Shown here piece by piece: positions 28,181-39,165 of a DNA stretch of 64,000 bases. A model generated the notes under the pieces. The model ran no database searches and had not been told where the DNA came from. It was given only the letters and a program-made list of their open reading frames with translations. The stretch is taken from positions 288,001 through 352,000 of the forward strand of contig CAVVUN010000001.1 in the NCBI GenBank assembly GCA_963751455.1. The letters are read 5' to 3'. This DNA is from Nitrospirota bacterium (GTDB lineage Bacteria > Nitrospirota > UBA9217). Positions within the stretch are counted from its first letter, which is position 1, and each line of letters starts with the position of its first letter. Position numbers and translations under genes: made by a program.

Positions 28181-30352
28181 ATGTCGATGACTGGTTTGTT
28201 TGAAAAGATCCGGAATCATAAACTTTTTTCCAGCCACCAGGCCGTCTGGGCGTTTGTGGTTATACTACTGATTTCGATATGGGTTTTGAATGCAAATCCC
28301 TTTCGTGGCGAGACGATAGGCCCGTTTGATCTGCTGCTGACGCAACCGGGATGGGCAACCGTCGAATGGGACACGGTAAAGAACGGCGAGGCCAGCGATG
28401 TGCTCGACTCAGAGCTTCCTTCCTGGATAAAGATCAAGGAACAGATCCGGGCGGGAAAGGGTGCCCTGTGGTACCCGTATTCGGCCGGAGGGAAGGCCAT
28501 GGATATTGAGCCGTTTAATCCGGCATTCCTTCTGTTTCTTGCTGTTGAAGACAACGCGCTTGCAATTTATATGGTTGGACTGTTAAAGCTCGTGATCGCC
28601 GGTTTTGGAGGCTATCTCCTTCTGAAGACGTTCTTAAAGTGGGCGCCTTCCATGTGGGGCGGAATCGTCTTTATGCTATGCGGTTTCAACGCAGCCTGGT
28701 TTTTAGTAGAGCAGGTTACAACCGCGATGTGGATTCCCTGGCTCCTCGCGGCAACGGTAATGTATCTCAAAACAAATAATATGAAATGGCTGCCTGCAAT
28801 CACCGTCAGCGGAGCGCTGCTTATATTCGGCGGTTTCTTCTCCGTTGCCGCGTTCGGCCTGTATGCATTCGGGATGCTCGTTTTGACCTGGAACGCGTAT
28901 GACTTCTCTCTTGACTATATGCGCGCTTCCCGGAAAGACAACAACAGAATCAAACTATATCTAAAAAAATCAACGCTGCCCATGGTCGCAGTGAGTATTG
29001 CCTTTCTGCTTGCCGCCGTCATCCTTATTCCTTTCATCGACGGGCTACAGGGCGTCAATCTGAGTTACCGGTCAGGAACCGTTTACGGCACAGGAACAGT
29101 TTTTGGGGCGGGCACCAATTTTAAGAACGGGATCATGGACCTGCCGCTCCTGTTTATGTATGAATATCCGCTGCATATCGAGAGAACCGCATTTATCGGC
29201 GTACCGGTCGGCCTATTTGCCTTGTTCGGCATCTTCAGATTTTTCCGCAGCAGTGACGACAACTACAGGAAATTCATATTTTTTCATCTATTGCTTGTCA
29301 TTATAACAACGCTGATAACATTCGGCCTGCTGCCGCATGACTTGATAAGAGCGCTGCCAATTTTCAGTAATAATTCGTGGGGCAGGCTTGTCGTGGTCCT
29401 GCTTCTGGGCTTATCTGTTTTATCTGCCGTCGGTCTGGACTTTGTAATTGCCGAGCTTCCGGCTCTTCTTTCCCGGTATGTAAAGATAACGCCGTTGCTC
29501 GTCCGGGGGACGGTAGTGATCATAGTAATTATCGCGGCGGCGTTTCAGTTCGGCTCGCAAAAGATTTTCTTCAATGATTCTGTTGCAGTAGTCCCCTCTT
29601 CGTGGGTCTATCCCGTGACGCCAAGCATACAATACGTAAAGGAGCGTCTCAAGCCGCTGCAGTCGGTAATTGCCGATAATTCCTTTATGATCTCCGGCAC
29701 TCTCGGAAGTTACGGCATCGGCGAGTGGTACGGACACGCTTTGCGGTCAGAGAAGGAAAAGGAGGTCCTCGGCCATATGGTAATGTTTCCTTTTGCCTCC
29801 CCGACATCGGCCTTTATCGATGCTGCGAATATCCTCTATAATTCTTATTTGATTGATAAGATGGCGATAAAATATGTCCTCGTCGATAAGAATTTTTATC
29901 AAAAATCAGACCGGAACCTGTTCGGCAATAAATGGAATTTGATTGATCTCGAGAAGAACATAGTTGTACTTGAGAATAAAAACGTAACGAACGGCGCCTA
30001 TTTCGTGAAAAATCTTGAAGGGCTGGATGATCAGCCTGATTTTTCTGCAGCTAATGTGAGTTTCCCTTCATCGGACCTTATTAATATCACCTATTTAAAA
30101 GAAGGGGCCGGATGGATCGTCTTGCCCATGCATCTTCACCGGGGATGGAGAGCATATATCGATGACGATGAAGTCAAATATGATACCTATCTTGATATAT
30201 TGCCGGCGATACCGGTGAACGGTCCGGGACGGATAGAATTCAGGTATTGTCCGCCGGCCTTCCGGGCCGGGCTGATCGTAAGCCTGACCGGCTTGTGCAT
30301 CTTGCTCGCTTTTTCCGCGATCTGTTTAAAAAAAAGAGGCCGCGTAACGTGA
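28181..30352 (+). CDS. YfhO-like membrane protein (GT-C-like)
   Basis: LWYPYSAGG loop, multiple TM segments, C-terminal GWRAYID..IEFRYCP..G. Confidence 0.7.
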   Translation: MSMTGLFEKIRNHKLFSSHQAVWAFVVILLISIWVLNANPFRGETIGPFDLLLTQPGWATVEWDTVKNGEASDVLDSELPSWIKIKEQIRAGKGALWYPYSAGGKAMDIEPFNPAFLLFLAVEDNALAIYMVGLLKLVIAGFGGYLLLKTFLKWAPSMWGGIVFMLCGFNAAWFLVEQVTTAMWIPWLLAATVMYLKTNNMKWLPAITVSGALLIFGGFFSVAAFGLYAFGMLVLTWNAYDFSLDYMRASRKDNNRIKLYLKKSTLPMVAVSIAFLLAAVILIPFIDGLQGVNLSYRSGTVYGTGTVFGAGTNFKNGIMDLPLLFMYEYPLHIERTAFIGVPVGLFALFGIFRFFRSSDDNYRKFIFFHLLLVIITTLITFGLLPHDLIRALPIFSNNSWGRLVVVLLLGLSVLSAVGLDFVIAELPALLSRYVKITPLLVRGTVVIIVIIAAAFQFGSQKIFFNDSVAVVPSSWVYPVTPSIQYVKERLKPLQSVIADNSFMISGTLGSYGIGEWYGHALRSEKEKEVLGHMVMFPFASPTSAFIDAANILYNSYLIDKMAIKYVLVDKNFYQKSDRNLFGNKWNLIDLEKNIVVLENKNVTNGAYFVKNLEGLDDQPDFSAANVSFPSSDLINITYLKEGAGWIVLPMHLHRGWRAYIDDDEVKYDTYLDILPAIPVNGPGRIEFRYCPPAFRAGLIVSLTGLCILLAFSAICLKKRGRVT

Positions 30353-30356
30353 GCGG

Positions 30357-30568
30357 CTAGTGTAGTGTCTCTTAAATGGACGGTGTTATGATGATTTCAT
30401 CGAAAACTTATCTTCGCATAAATATTTGCTGATGAATTTGTAGGGCGACCCTTTAGGGTTGCTGCTGTTCCGGCGCTTTCAGCAAGGCTAAAGCCTTGCC
30501 CTACAAGTTTGGCTGCGGCCTACTGCTGCGCTATGATAACACCAGTCGTTTGTGAGACACTACACTAG
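30357..30568. mobile_element. MITE, terminal IR CTAGTGTAGTGTCTC, copy 2 (212 bp)
   Basis: Differs from 8858-9070 by one A-run indel and one substitution. Confidence 0.9.
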
Positions 30569-30685
30569 ACGATGGATTCGGAGAGTTATTATGCCTGTCT
30601 GCGTTTTTTCTCTCCGTGCCTATGCGTCTCTCGGTGATATTTTTCTGATTTCCTCTTTTCGGAAGTACGTTTGAGGGAGGGCCAA

Positions 30686-31645
30686 ATGAAGCTTATAATC
30701 CAAATCCCCTGCTATAACGAGGCGCGGTCCCTTCATATTACGCTGAAAGAACTGCCCCGGCATGTTGAAGGCTTCGACAGCGTTGAATGGCTGGTCATTA
30801 ACGACGGCAGCGTGGATGGCACGGCTGAGGCCGCAAAGGCAAACGGAGTCGACCATGTGGTCAGTTTCAGCACAAACCGGGGACTGGCCCGCGCGTTCAT
30901 GGCCGGGCTTGATGCCTGTCTTAAACTCGGAGCTGACGTTATAGTCAATACCGACGCGGACAATCAATATAATGCAAAGGACATTCCCCTGCTGGTAAAA
31001 CCGATCCTCGACAAAAGGGCTGAACTTGTTGTAGGCACCAGGCCTATTTCTGATATAAAGCATTATCCGTTTATTAAAAAACAACTGCAAAGACTGGGAA
31101 GCTGGGTCGTGAGATTGGCCAGCAAGACCGGCGTCCCGGATGCTCCGAGCGGATTCCGGGCCATGAGCCGTGAGGCGGCACTACGCTTCAATGTATTCAA
31201 CGATTATACGTACACCCTGGAGACAATAATTCAGGCGGGGCAGAAAAACATGGCGATTGCCTTCGTGCCTGTTCGAGTGAATGAAGATTTAAGGCCTTCC
31301 CGACTGGTAAAGAGCATACCCAGCTATGTGAAGCGATCGGTGCTGACGATTGTCCGAATTTTCGTAGTTTACCGGCCTTTTCGTTTCTTTGCTGTTATGG
31401 GAGCACTTCTCTCAAGCGGAGGTATACTCATCGGCCTCAGATATCTCTATTATTATTTTCAGGACGGCGGCGCCGGGCACGTTCAGTCGCTGATACTCGC
31501 CTCCATCCTTTTGGGAATCGGCTTCCAGACAATTCTGGTGGCCTTCATAGCCGATTTGCTGGCCGTCAACAGAAGGCTTGCGGAAGATGTCCAGTACAGA
31601 TTAAGAAAGAACGAGATTACCGGCAAGGATAAAGCCTCGAACTGA
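30686..31645 (+). CDS. GT2 glycosyltransferase (polyprenol-phosphate sugar synthase-like)
   Basis: IPCYNE, NDGSVDGT, TDADNQY, SGFRA, two C-terminal TM segments. Confidence 0.88.
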   Translation: MKLIIQIPCYNEARSLHITLKELPRHVEGFDSVEWLVINDGSVDGTAEAAKANGVDHVVSFSTNRGLARAFMAGLDACLKLGADVIVNTDADNQYNAKDIPLLVKPILDKRAELVVGTRPISDIKHYPFIKKQLQRLGSWVVRLASKTGVPDAPSGFRAMSREAALRFNVFNDYTYTLETIIQAGQKNMAIAFVPVRVNEDLRPSRLVKSIPSYVKRSVLTIVRIFVVYRPFRFFAVMGALLSSGGILIGLRYLYYYFQDGGAGHVQSLILASILLGIGFQTILVAFIADLLAVNRRLAEDVQYRLRKNEITGKDKASN

Positions 31646-31649
31646 AATA

Positions 31650-32876
31650 ATGAAATCAATCTGCATGATAACGACAAGCTATCCCGCCTGGAACGAAGGC
31701 CAGAATGAATTCGTGAGGGGAAAATTTGTGCATGATATGGCCAAATCGTTTGCCAAACAGGGAATTGCTGTTTATGTCGTGACGCAGCACGGAACGGGAA
31801 CAAAAGAATTCGAACGGCGGGATGGAGTAAACATTCACCGCTTTCATTATTTCCTTCCCGGATGCGAAACTCTGACTACGGGGTCCGGTGTGCCTGAAAA
31901 TATCAAGTTGCTTAAGAATAAGATACAGGTGCCCTTTTATTTCTTTTCTTTGCTGCTGAATTCAATAAAAGTTATTCGCCGGAATAACATAGAGATAATT
32001 AACGCACATTGGGCTTTTCCCACCGGCTATATTGGCCTTTTGTTAAAGCTGCTGACCGGGAAAAAACTCGTAACAACACTATACGGCGCGGAGTTATTCC
32101 CCATCAACGCCGGCAAGATGAAGCTGCTGAAGCCCCTGGTTAAGCAAGCACTGGACGGCGCCGATTTGCTTGTTGCCATAAGCGGAGAAACAGCAAACGC
32201 TGCCGGAAAGATAAGCGGAAAAAATACGGTGCATATCATTCCCGACGGGATAGACATCGATTATTACAAAACCGGGAATAAAAACGAGCACGTGCTTGGA
32301 AAATACAATTGCGGAAGTAAACGGGTCATTTTTTTTACCGGAAGAATGGTGGAGAGAAAGGGACATCGCTATCTGGTCGAAGCAATGCGCTCTGTTCGAA
32401 ATGTTATTCCTGATGTAAAGCTCTTATTGGGGGGCCACGGGCCCCTTTTTGACGAACTGCGGAAACTCATTGACGAATGGAAGCTTGCCGATGTTGTCGA
32501 AATGCCTGGCTTTCTGCCGGAAAAAGAAATTGTTCCCCTGCTTCAGTCTTCAGAGCTCTATGTATTGCCTTCCTGTAGAGATAAGAACGGCGATACCGAA
32601 GGCTCTGCAACCGCGGCGCTTGAGGCTATGGCCTGCGGGACACCCGCACTTGTCAGCAGGATTGGCGGCAATATCGGCTCCATCGAGGACGGCAAAGGCG
32701 CCTATTATTTCGAAGCCGCCGATTCGGAAGATTTGGCAAAAAAAATGATAGATCTGTTATCGGATAAGAAACTGTTGACCTCTAACAGACGTGAGTCTAG
32801 AAAGTTTGTTGAAGAGCGCTATTCCTGGGAAGCGAGCATCAATAAATATCTTGATGTGATTGGAGCGGACTCCTAA
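31650..32876 (+). CDS. GT4 glycosyltransferase
   Basis: GRMVERKG and EG....LEAMACG (Ex7E). Confidence 0.9.
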   Translation: MKSICMITTSYPAWNEGQNEFVRGKFVHDMAKSFAKQGIAVYVVTQHGTGTKEFERRDGVNIHRFHYFLPGCETLTTGSGVPENIKLLKNKIQVPFYFFSLLLNSIKVIRRNNIEIINAHWAFPTGYIGLLLKLLTGKKLVTTLYGAELFPINAGKMKLLKPLVKQALDGADLLVAISGETANAAGKISGKNTVHIIPDGIDIDYYKTGNKNEHVLGKYNCGSKRVIFFTGRMVERKGHRYLVEAMRSVRNVIPDVKLLLGGHGPLFDELRKLIDEWKLADVVEMPGFLPEKEIVPLLQSSELYVLPSCRDKNGDTEGSATAALEAMACGTPALVSRIGGNIGSIEDGKGAYYFEAADSEDLAKKMIDLLSDKKLLTSNRRESRKFVEERYSWEASINKYLDVIGADS

Positions 32877-34006
32877 TGAATAAATTAATCCCGATATCTC
32901 AACCGAGTATAACCCAAAAAGAAATTGATTATGTCAATGATGCAATAAAATCCGGCTGGGTCTCCTCTTTAGGGAAGTACATCGATATTTTCGAAAATAA
33001 ATTTGCCGAATGCGCGGGTACGAGATATGCGCTTACGACATCTAACGGTACAACCGGGCTTCATCTTGCGCTTGTTGCATTCGGTATTATGCCGGGAGAT
33101 GAGGTAATCATACCTGACTTTACTTTTGTTGCCACCGCCAACGCTGTGAAATATACCGGCGCCGCTGTCGTTTGCGTCGATATTGAGGAAAACAACTTAT
33201 GCATCAGTCCCCGCGATATTGAAAACGCAATAACGAATAAGACTAAGGCGATTATCCCCGTTCACGTTTATGGGCACCCTGCAAATATGAACGAAATAAG
33301 AAAGATCGCCCAACAATACAACCTTATTGTAATCGAGGATGCCGCAGAAGCTCACGGAGCCGAGGTAGAAGGCAAAAGAGCCGGTTCACTGGGTAATTGC
33401 GGCGTATTCAGCTTTTACGGGAACAAAATCATAACGTGCGGCGAAGGGGGAATGATCACGACCGACGATCCTGTATTTTATGAAAAAGCAAAAGAACTCA
33501 GAGACCATGCAATGAGCAAGGAGAAAAGATACTGGCATGAAGCTGTCGGGTTTAATTACAGAATGACAAATCTTCAGGCTGCCCTGGGCGCGGCGCAGCT
33601 TGAAAGAATGGATGAAATAGTAAAGAGGAAGAAAGACATTTTTGACCTGTACCGCCGCTATTTATCCCCTGATCCGCGGCTGAAACTGAACTATCAGGCA
33701 GAGTGGGCGAAAAATGTCTATTGGATGGTGTGCCTCGAGGTTGAAGGATTTGACGAGCAGAGAAGAGACGCCCTTATGCAAAAGCTGAAAGACAAGGGCA
33801 TCGATTCGCGGCCGTATTTTTATCCGATATCCGATATGCCCATGTTCAAGAAAGCAAACACGCCGGTGACCCATGCTGTATATCAACGCGGGATTAATCT
33901 GCCCACGTATTTCGATCTTGATAATTCCAAAATTGAATACATTTGTGAAAATGTTCTGAGTATTGTGAATACTATGAACATCGATTCGCGGACGTCGGTC
34001 CTGTAA
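32876..34006 (+). CDS. DegT/DnrJ/StrS sugar aminotransferase (perosamine synthase-like)
   Basis: NGTTGLHLAL, IEDAAEAHG, FSFYGNKIITCGEGG. Confidence 0.92.
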   Translation: MNKLIPISQPSITQKEIDYVNDAIKSGWVSSLGKYIDIFENKFAECAGTRYALTTSNGTTGLHLALVAFGIMPGDEVIIPDFTFVATANAVKYTGAAVVCVDIEENNLCISPRDIENAITNKTKAIIPVHVYGHPANMNEIRKIAQQYNLIVIEDAAEAHGAEVEGKRAGSLGNCGVFSFYGNKIITCGEGGMITTDDPVFYEKAKELRDHAMSKEKRYWHEAVGFNYRMTNLQAALGAAQLERMDEIVKRKKDIFDLYRRYLSPDPRLKLNYQAEWAKNVYWMVCLEVEGFDEQRRDALMQKLKDKGIDSRPYFYPISDMPMFKKANTPVTHAVYQRGINLPTYFDLDNSKIEYICENVLSIVNTMNIDSRTSVL

Positions 34007-35052
34007 TGAAACTATTTCCCAAACAAGACTTGAAAAGCTATCTCCTCTTTTCCTCGAAGAGCTTTCTGCGCGTTCTGAGGCTCAGCCCGAAGCAGCTTTT
34101 TTTGCCCGGCCTGATCATCTACCCTTCGAATATATGTAATTACAAGTGCATGATGTGCGATGAGGGAGCGGATTCCGTTAAACCTGTCCGGAAAATGGAG
34201 TTGAGTACCCTGGAAAAGGTCCTTAAGGAGTGCTCGACATTTGCTATCAAGCCGAGAATACATTTTTCCGGGCTTGGCGAACCGCTTGTGCATCCTGAGA
34301 TTGCCTCTTTTATGCAGCTGTGCAGGCAATATAAGATCAACTGGAGCATGACTACAAACGGCTATTTACTGGAAAAATATGCGGCGAGCCTGGTTGAAAA
34401 CGAGTGCCGGGGCGTCAATATTTCAATTCACGGCATTGGAACCGACCATGACCGCGTAACGGGCATCAACAATTCATTCACCAGGGTAATGAGCGGGCTC
34501 GAAAAACTCGACATGGCAAAAAGGAACAACAATGCTGTTTTGCCTTTAATAGCCGTCAACTGTGTCATAACGAATCAAAATATCTCCAATTTGAAAGCGA
34601 TCCTGGACTATTTTCTCGACCTGCCCGTCAACAGCATTACCTTTCAGCACCTTATTTTTTCAAATGACGATTTTATCAATAAGAAACCGCATGTAATCCA
34701 TGAAAAAGAAAAGCTGGACTCGCTTAAGCAATTCATTTCTTACGGCACCGCTCATTCATTTCCGAAGAAGCTCAATTTTTTTCCCGCGATAAAGGTCAAT
34801 GATATTACCGACTATTATTCGGAAGCCGCGAATGACCGGTTTAATCGTTCATGCATACTGCCATGGCTTGGCGCAAGAATTTATCCTGACGGAGATGTGG
34901 GTATGTGCAATATCGTTTACGGTAATATTCTCAAATCTCCTTTAAAGTCTATAATCAACAACGATGAAGCGCTGCTGTTTCGCAGAAAGTTAATTAATAA
35001 AGGATTCAGGTCCCCTATTTGTTTCAGATGCTGTCACCGGCATTATTATTGA
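34006..35052 (+). CDS. radical SAM / SPASM-twitch domain protein
   Basis: CNYKCMMC (Cx3Cx2C), GEPL, TTNG, C-terminal C..PW..DGDVGMC..CFRCC. Confidence 0.88.
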   Translation: MKLFPKQDLKSYLLFSSKSFLRVLRLSPKQLFLPGLIIYPSNICNYKCMMCDEGADSVKPVRKMELSTLEKVLKECSTFAIKPRIHFSGLGEPLVHPEIASFMQLCRQYKINWSMTTNGYLLEKYAASLVENECRGVNISIHGIGTDHDRVTGINNSFTRVMSGLEKLDMAKRNNNAVLPLIAVNCVITNQNISNLKAILDYFLDLPVNSITFQHLIFSNDDFINKKPHVIHEKEKLDSLKQFISYGTAHSFPKKLNFFPAIKVNDITDYYSEAANDRFNRSCILPWLGARIYPDGDVGMCNIVYGNILKSPLKSIINNDEALLFRRKLINKGFRSPICFRCCHRHYY

Positions 35053-35144
35053 CCTCAAAACCGTAACAAGTCGTATTTTTACACGGAGGCACAGAGCCCA
35101 GTTACGCTGTGACCCTGACAAGCTATTATGGATAACTCCTTTTT

Positions 35145-35825
35145 ATGCATCTGATCAAGCGTCTTACTGAAAGCCTGGGGCAGAAGGGCGTTCTCGAAAC
35201 GCTGAAAAGCGCCGCCCGGATCGTTGCCGATTACGGTTTTGATTTGAAACATGGCACCGATACAATGCGTCGGGTGAAGGTGGAATCATTTGATACCGAT
35301 TCCGGATACAAGGCAAACGCCACGCCGTACCAGGCGTCGAAAACACGTCCCCTTTTGAAACTGCTTCATAAACTTCGACTGCCTAAAAACGGCACATTCG
35401 TTGACATCGGCTGCGGCAAAGGAAGGGTTCTGTTTCTCGCCGCACAACTTGGTTTTAATAAAGTTGTCGGCATTGAGTTCTGCGCCCGGCTTTGCCGGCA
35501 CGCCCGTGAAAATGCGGATTTATTTTTTAAGAAACATCCTGAAAGTTCTTCCATAGAAATTATTGAAACAGATGCAACACGTTACGAATTCAAAGGAGAT
35601 GAAAATGTCTTCTTTCTCTACAACCCTTTTGATTCAGTGGTTCTTACGAATGTCCTGGAACAAATAAACATATCCGCGCTAAAAACGCCTCGTAATATCT
35701 GGTTGATTTACAACAATCCGGTGCATCACGATATAATCCGGAATAATCCGTTGTTTGTCGGATGCAACCGGTATGAAATTGACGGCGAGATTTTCCACGT
35801 GTATGAGCGCCGTGCCGCGAAATGA
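35145..35825 (+). CDS. class I SAM-dependent methyltransferase
   Basis: FVDIGCGKGR, GIEF, FLYNPF. Confidence 0.88.
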   Translation: MHLIKRLTESLGQKGVLETLKSAARIVADYGFDLKHGTDTMRRVKVESFDTDSGYKANATPYQASKTRPLLKLLHKLRLPKNGTFVDIGCGKGRVLFLAAQLGFNKVVGIEFCARLCRHARENADLFFKKHPESSSIEIIETDATRYEFKGDENVFFLYNPFDSVVLTNVLEQINISALKTPRNIWLIYNNPVHHDIIRNNPLFVGCNRYEIDGEIFHVYERRAAK

Positions 35826-35931
35826 ATATATTCCATTCACGCAATTGTTGCGCTCATCATTCAGACGCCATTGAGATTTTATTGAAATTAAACTATACAC
35901 AACCATTCGTCAAGCTGAAAAAGGAAATTAG

Positions 35932-37917
35932 ATGAAATCACATCTTCGAACTATCGGCTTAAAGACGTATATTCATCTTCTGATCATAGCTCTTATCGGG
36001 TTCACTGCGTACTCGAATACCTTCCATGTGCCGTTTGAGTTTGACGATTTTGATCACATAGAGAATAACCTGATGATAAGGAGTATGGATAACTTTGTCC
36101 TTGCCCTGAAGGGACATGATTTCACTTCAAGCGCCTATCAATATAGCGCCGGCCGCTTTCTAGGCTACTTTTCTTTTGCTCTTAACTATTACTTCGATGG
36201 AGTTGATGTCAAGGGATATCACATTGTGAATCTCTTCATCCACATAGCAAATGCATTTCTGGTCTATTTCCTCGTTTTCCTGACGTTCCGGACGCCCAAT
36301 TTCCCGCCTCCTTTTCAGATGGCACAGAGTAAGCAGCACACCGCGGCCGACATACAAGCTCTAAACCATTCGCCATTCATCGTTGACCATGCACCTTCTT
36401 TTGCGGATTCACGTCTTATCGCGCTCTTTTCATCACTTCTCTTTGTTTCACATCCCGTGCAGACCCAGGCTGTCACGTATATTGTTCAGCGTTTCGCTTC
36501 ACTGGCAACGTTGTTCTATCTCCTTTCTATGACGTTGTATATAAAAGGGAGAATGGCTGCAATCGGCAATACGCAACGGCCTGCCTCCGTTAATCCGTCA
36601 CTGGCAAAGGGGAAATTGAATTGGGGCGTTTCACCTATTGCCTATTTCGTTCTTTCCCTTGCTTCCGCATTCTTGGCCATGAGAACGAAGGAAATCGCAT
36701 ATACCCTTCCGTTGGTGATAGTTCTTTATGAGACCACTTTTTTTACCGCGCCGTTAAAGAAGAAGCTTCTATTCCTTCTGCCGCTTGTCCTGATATTGAT
36801 AATCTTCGCACCTATCAGTTTCATTCAGGGTGATATGCCGCTTGGTCAAATGTGGTCCCGGGTGGAAGCAATGACGACGGCTGATTCGAATATTCCCCGA
36901 TGGGATTATCTGATGACAGAGATGCGGGTTATTATCACGTATATCAGGCTTATATTTTTGCCGATAAACCAGACTCTTGATTATGACTATCTAATATACC
37001 ATTCCTTGCTTGAGCCGCCGGTGTTGTTTTCCTTTCTCTTCCTTTCGACAATCTTCGGGGCCGCTGTGTACCTTATGTACAGGACACGAAGATCCTTTAG
37101 CCGCCCACCGGCCACAAAGACAAAGAAGTCGGCAGTACGTAGTGACAAGAAAGACAACCTCATGGCGATTGCCTCTACTCGCGATTCAGGTTTCACTGTT
37201 CACGATGCTCAAATGATAGACTACTCACTATTCACGGTTCAGTGCCTCCGCCTCGTGGCCTTCGGGATTTTCTGGTTTTTCATCACTCTGGCGGTTGAAT
37301 CAAGCATCATACCGATAAAAGATGTGATTTGTGAGCACCGGGTTTATCTTCCCTCAGTAGGGTTTCTCATAGCAGTATCTGCCGGCCTGTATACTGTGGC
37401 TGCGAAATTAAAGAAAGTTCAGGGTATTGCACTAGTAAGTATTGTGGTAGTACTGTCGCTTTCGGCTGCTACTTATGCGAGAAATAATATATGGAAAGAT
37501 AGAGAAAGCCTCTGGGAGGACATAGTACAAAATAGTCCCAACCTGGCCCGCCCCCACACCGGTTTAGGCGCAATTTATTACAACCAGGGTCGCCTGGACG
37601 AAGCAATGAGGGAATTTCAAACTGCGGTATCTCTCGATCTCAGTAATTTTGGCGCACACTATAATATCGGACTGATTTATTGGCAACGAGGCCTGCTGGA
37701 TGAGGCAAAGAAGGAATTTCAGGCTGCTCTATGGCTCAAGCCGGATAATGCGGACATACACAACACTCTCGGCAAAGTGTATGCGCAGGATGGTTTTTTG
37801 CACGATGCCAAGAAGGAATATGAGACTGCGTTAAAGTTCAACCCTGATCATGGTGATGCACGAAAGAATCTGGCAGTGCTTATGAACAATGCCGGAGATA
37901 AAAATAATTCGTATTGA
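35932..37917 (+). CDS. TMTC-like GT-C membrane protein with C-terminal TPRs
   Basis: FEFDD, YHIVN, HPVQTQAVTYIVQR, KE, EHRVYLP, RNNIW, then TPR repeats. Confidence 0.85.
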   Translation: MKSHLRTIGLKTYIHLLIIALIGFTAYSNTFHVPFEFDDFDHIENNLMIRSMDNFVLALKGHDFTSSAYQYSAGRFLGYFSFALNYYFDGVDVKGYHIVNLFIHIANAFLVYFLVFLTFRTPNFPPPFQMAQSKQHTAADIQALNHSPFIVDHAPSFADSRLIALFSSLLFVSHPVQTQAVTYIVQRFASLATLFYLLSMTLYIKGRMAAIGNTQRPASVNPSLAKGKLNWGVSPIAYFVLSLASAFLAMRTKEIAYTLPLVIVLYETTFFTAPLKKKLLFLLPLVLILIIFAPISFIQGDMPLGQMWSRVEAMTTADSNIPRWDYLMTEMRVIITYIRLIFLPINQTLDYDYLIYHSLLEPPVLFSFLFLSTIFGAAVYLMYRTRRSFSRPPATKTKKSAVRSDKKDNLMAIASTRDSGFTVHDAQMIDYSLFTVQCLRLVAFGIFWFFITLAVESSIIPIKDVICEHRVYLPSVGFLIAVSAGLYTVAAKLKKVQGIALVSIVVVLSLSAATYARNNIWKDRESLWEDIVQNSPNLARPHTGLGAIYYNQGRLDEAMREFQTAVSLDLSNFGAHYNIGLIYWQRGLLDEAKKEFQAALWLKPDNADIHNTLGKVYAQDGFLHDAKKEYETALKFNPDHGDARKNLAVLMNNAGDKNNSY

Positions 37918-38050
37918 CCCGAAATGTATAGAGTGCGACTGAAAATCGGCCAGAGACCATATGGAAAGGAATACGCGTTTGACCTCTCAAAAAGATTCTG
38001 TCCAGTGTGAAAGAAGGAAACTTTTTTTCTTTACACTTCATTACTACTGG

Positions 38051-38788
38051 ATGAATACAGCAGCTTTTCTGAAATCCAGTCATTCCATTTCGCTTCTGAG
38101 GTCGCATGAGGAACTTCCCCCTAAGGAATATTTTCTGAAAATCGGTTATAAGACTTTCCTTATTGACCTGAACAAAACAAAGGAAGAGATTTATTCGGCT
38201 TTTGACTATACCGGAGCACGCTATAAAATAAATAAAGCCATGAAGCATGGCGTAATTGTGAAAAAGGCTGAAACAATACAGGAGAAGCGGAAGTTCTATG
38301 ATTTCTATCAGGCATTCGTGGAAGACCCGAAAAGGAAGAATAAGATCCTTGTGCTTCAGAAGCATGAACTTGATCTACTCGAAATATTTTACGCAGTGTC
38401 CGCAGGTGATGAATATCTTGGAGGTATCGGACTGCTTCCTTCTCCTGACAAGCGCTATCTATTATATAAATATGCGGCTACAATACACCGGTTCTGTGAA
38501 AATGAAATGCTGCTCTGGCATGCGATTCAGCATGCGAAGGACGCCCGCTATGCCTATTTTGACATGAGCTGGATGTGGCCTGCAGAGGACAAGAATAGCG
38601 AGATGTATCGGCTATACCAATTCAAAAAAAAGTTCGGCGGCACGTTGGTCGATTTTTATACATATGTGAAGTTAAAAGGACCGTTTATAATCCCCGGCAT
38701 GCTGTTCAAGTTGATACTGGATTTCTTTTTCAAAGGCAATATGATCGATTTTACACTGCTCCTGAAAAGAATGAAAATATTTAAATGA
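38051..38788 (+). CDS. FemAB-like / GNAT acyltransferase
   Basis: IDLNKT.EE..ARYKINKA.K.G, LLWHAI, LYQFKKKFGG. Confidence 0.7.
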   Translation: MNTAAFLKSSHSISLLRSHEELPPKEYFLKIGYKTFLIDLNKTKEEIYSAFDYTGARYKINKAMKHGVIVKKAETIQEKRKFYDFYQAFVEDPKRKNKILVLQKHELDLLEIFYAVSAGDEYLGGIGLLPSPDKRYLLYKYAATIHRFCENEMLLWHAIQHAKDARYAYFDMSWMWPAEDKNSEMYRLYQFKKKFGGTLVDFYTYVKLKGPFIIPGMLFKLILDFFFKGNMIDFTLLLKRMKIFK

Positions 38789-38910
38789 TTTCGATCTTTT
38801 AATAACGGATGCAGCCATCTTTGTCCACTGGCATGTAGCTCTCCGCTAGAAACCTTTACTTCGCATTATCTTTAAATTTGAGTCAAGTTTTTGAGAAGCT
38901 AAAAAGCATT

Positions 38911-39018
38911 TACCGCGAAGGCGCGAGGAGCGCGAAGGAAACCTATGACAAAATCTTATTTCTGGTTTAAACCCGTTTCAATTCCTGCTTTCCTCGCGTC
39001 CTTCGCGCCTTCGCGGTT
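38911..39018. repeat. nonamer-periodic palindromic element (sibling of 4991-5086)
   Basis: ACCGCGAAGGCGCGAGGAGCGCG..CGCGTCCTTCGCGCCTTCGCGGT. Confidence 0.72.
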
Positions 39019-39165
39019 CCAAGGTATTTTTTTCATCGGTCTGAGGCCTTGCCTCGTTAAAACAATATTTTGAACTTAGTGCGTAACCTGAAGGGCGGCA
39101 CTGTTCCCTCGTCAAGTATAAAAATGAAATTATCTATCTTTAAGAAATATGCCAGAGGCGAACTG

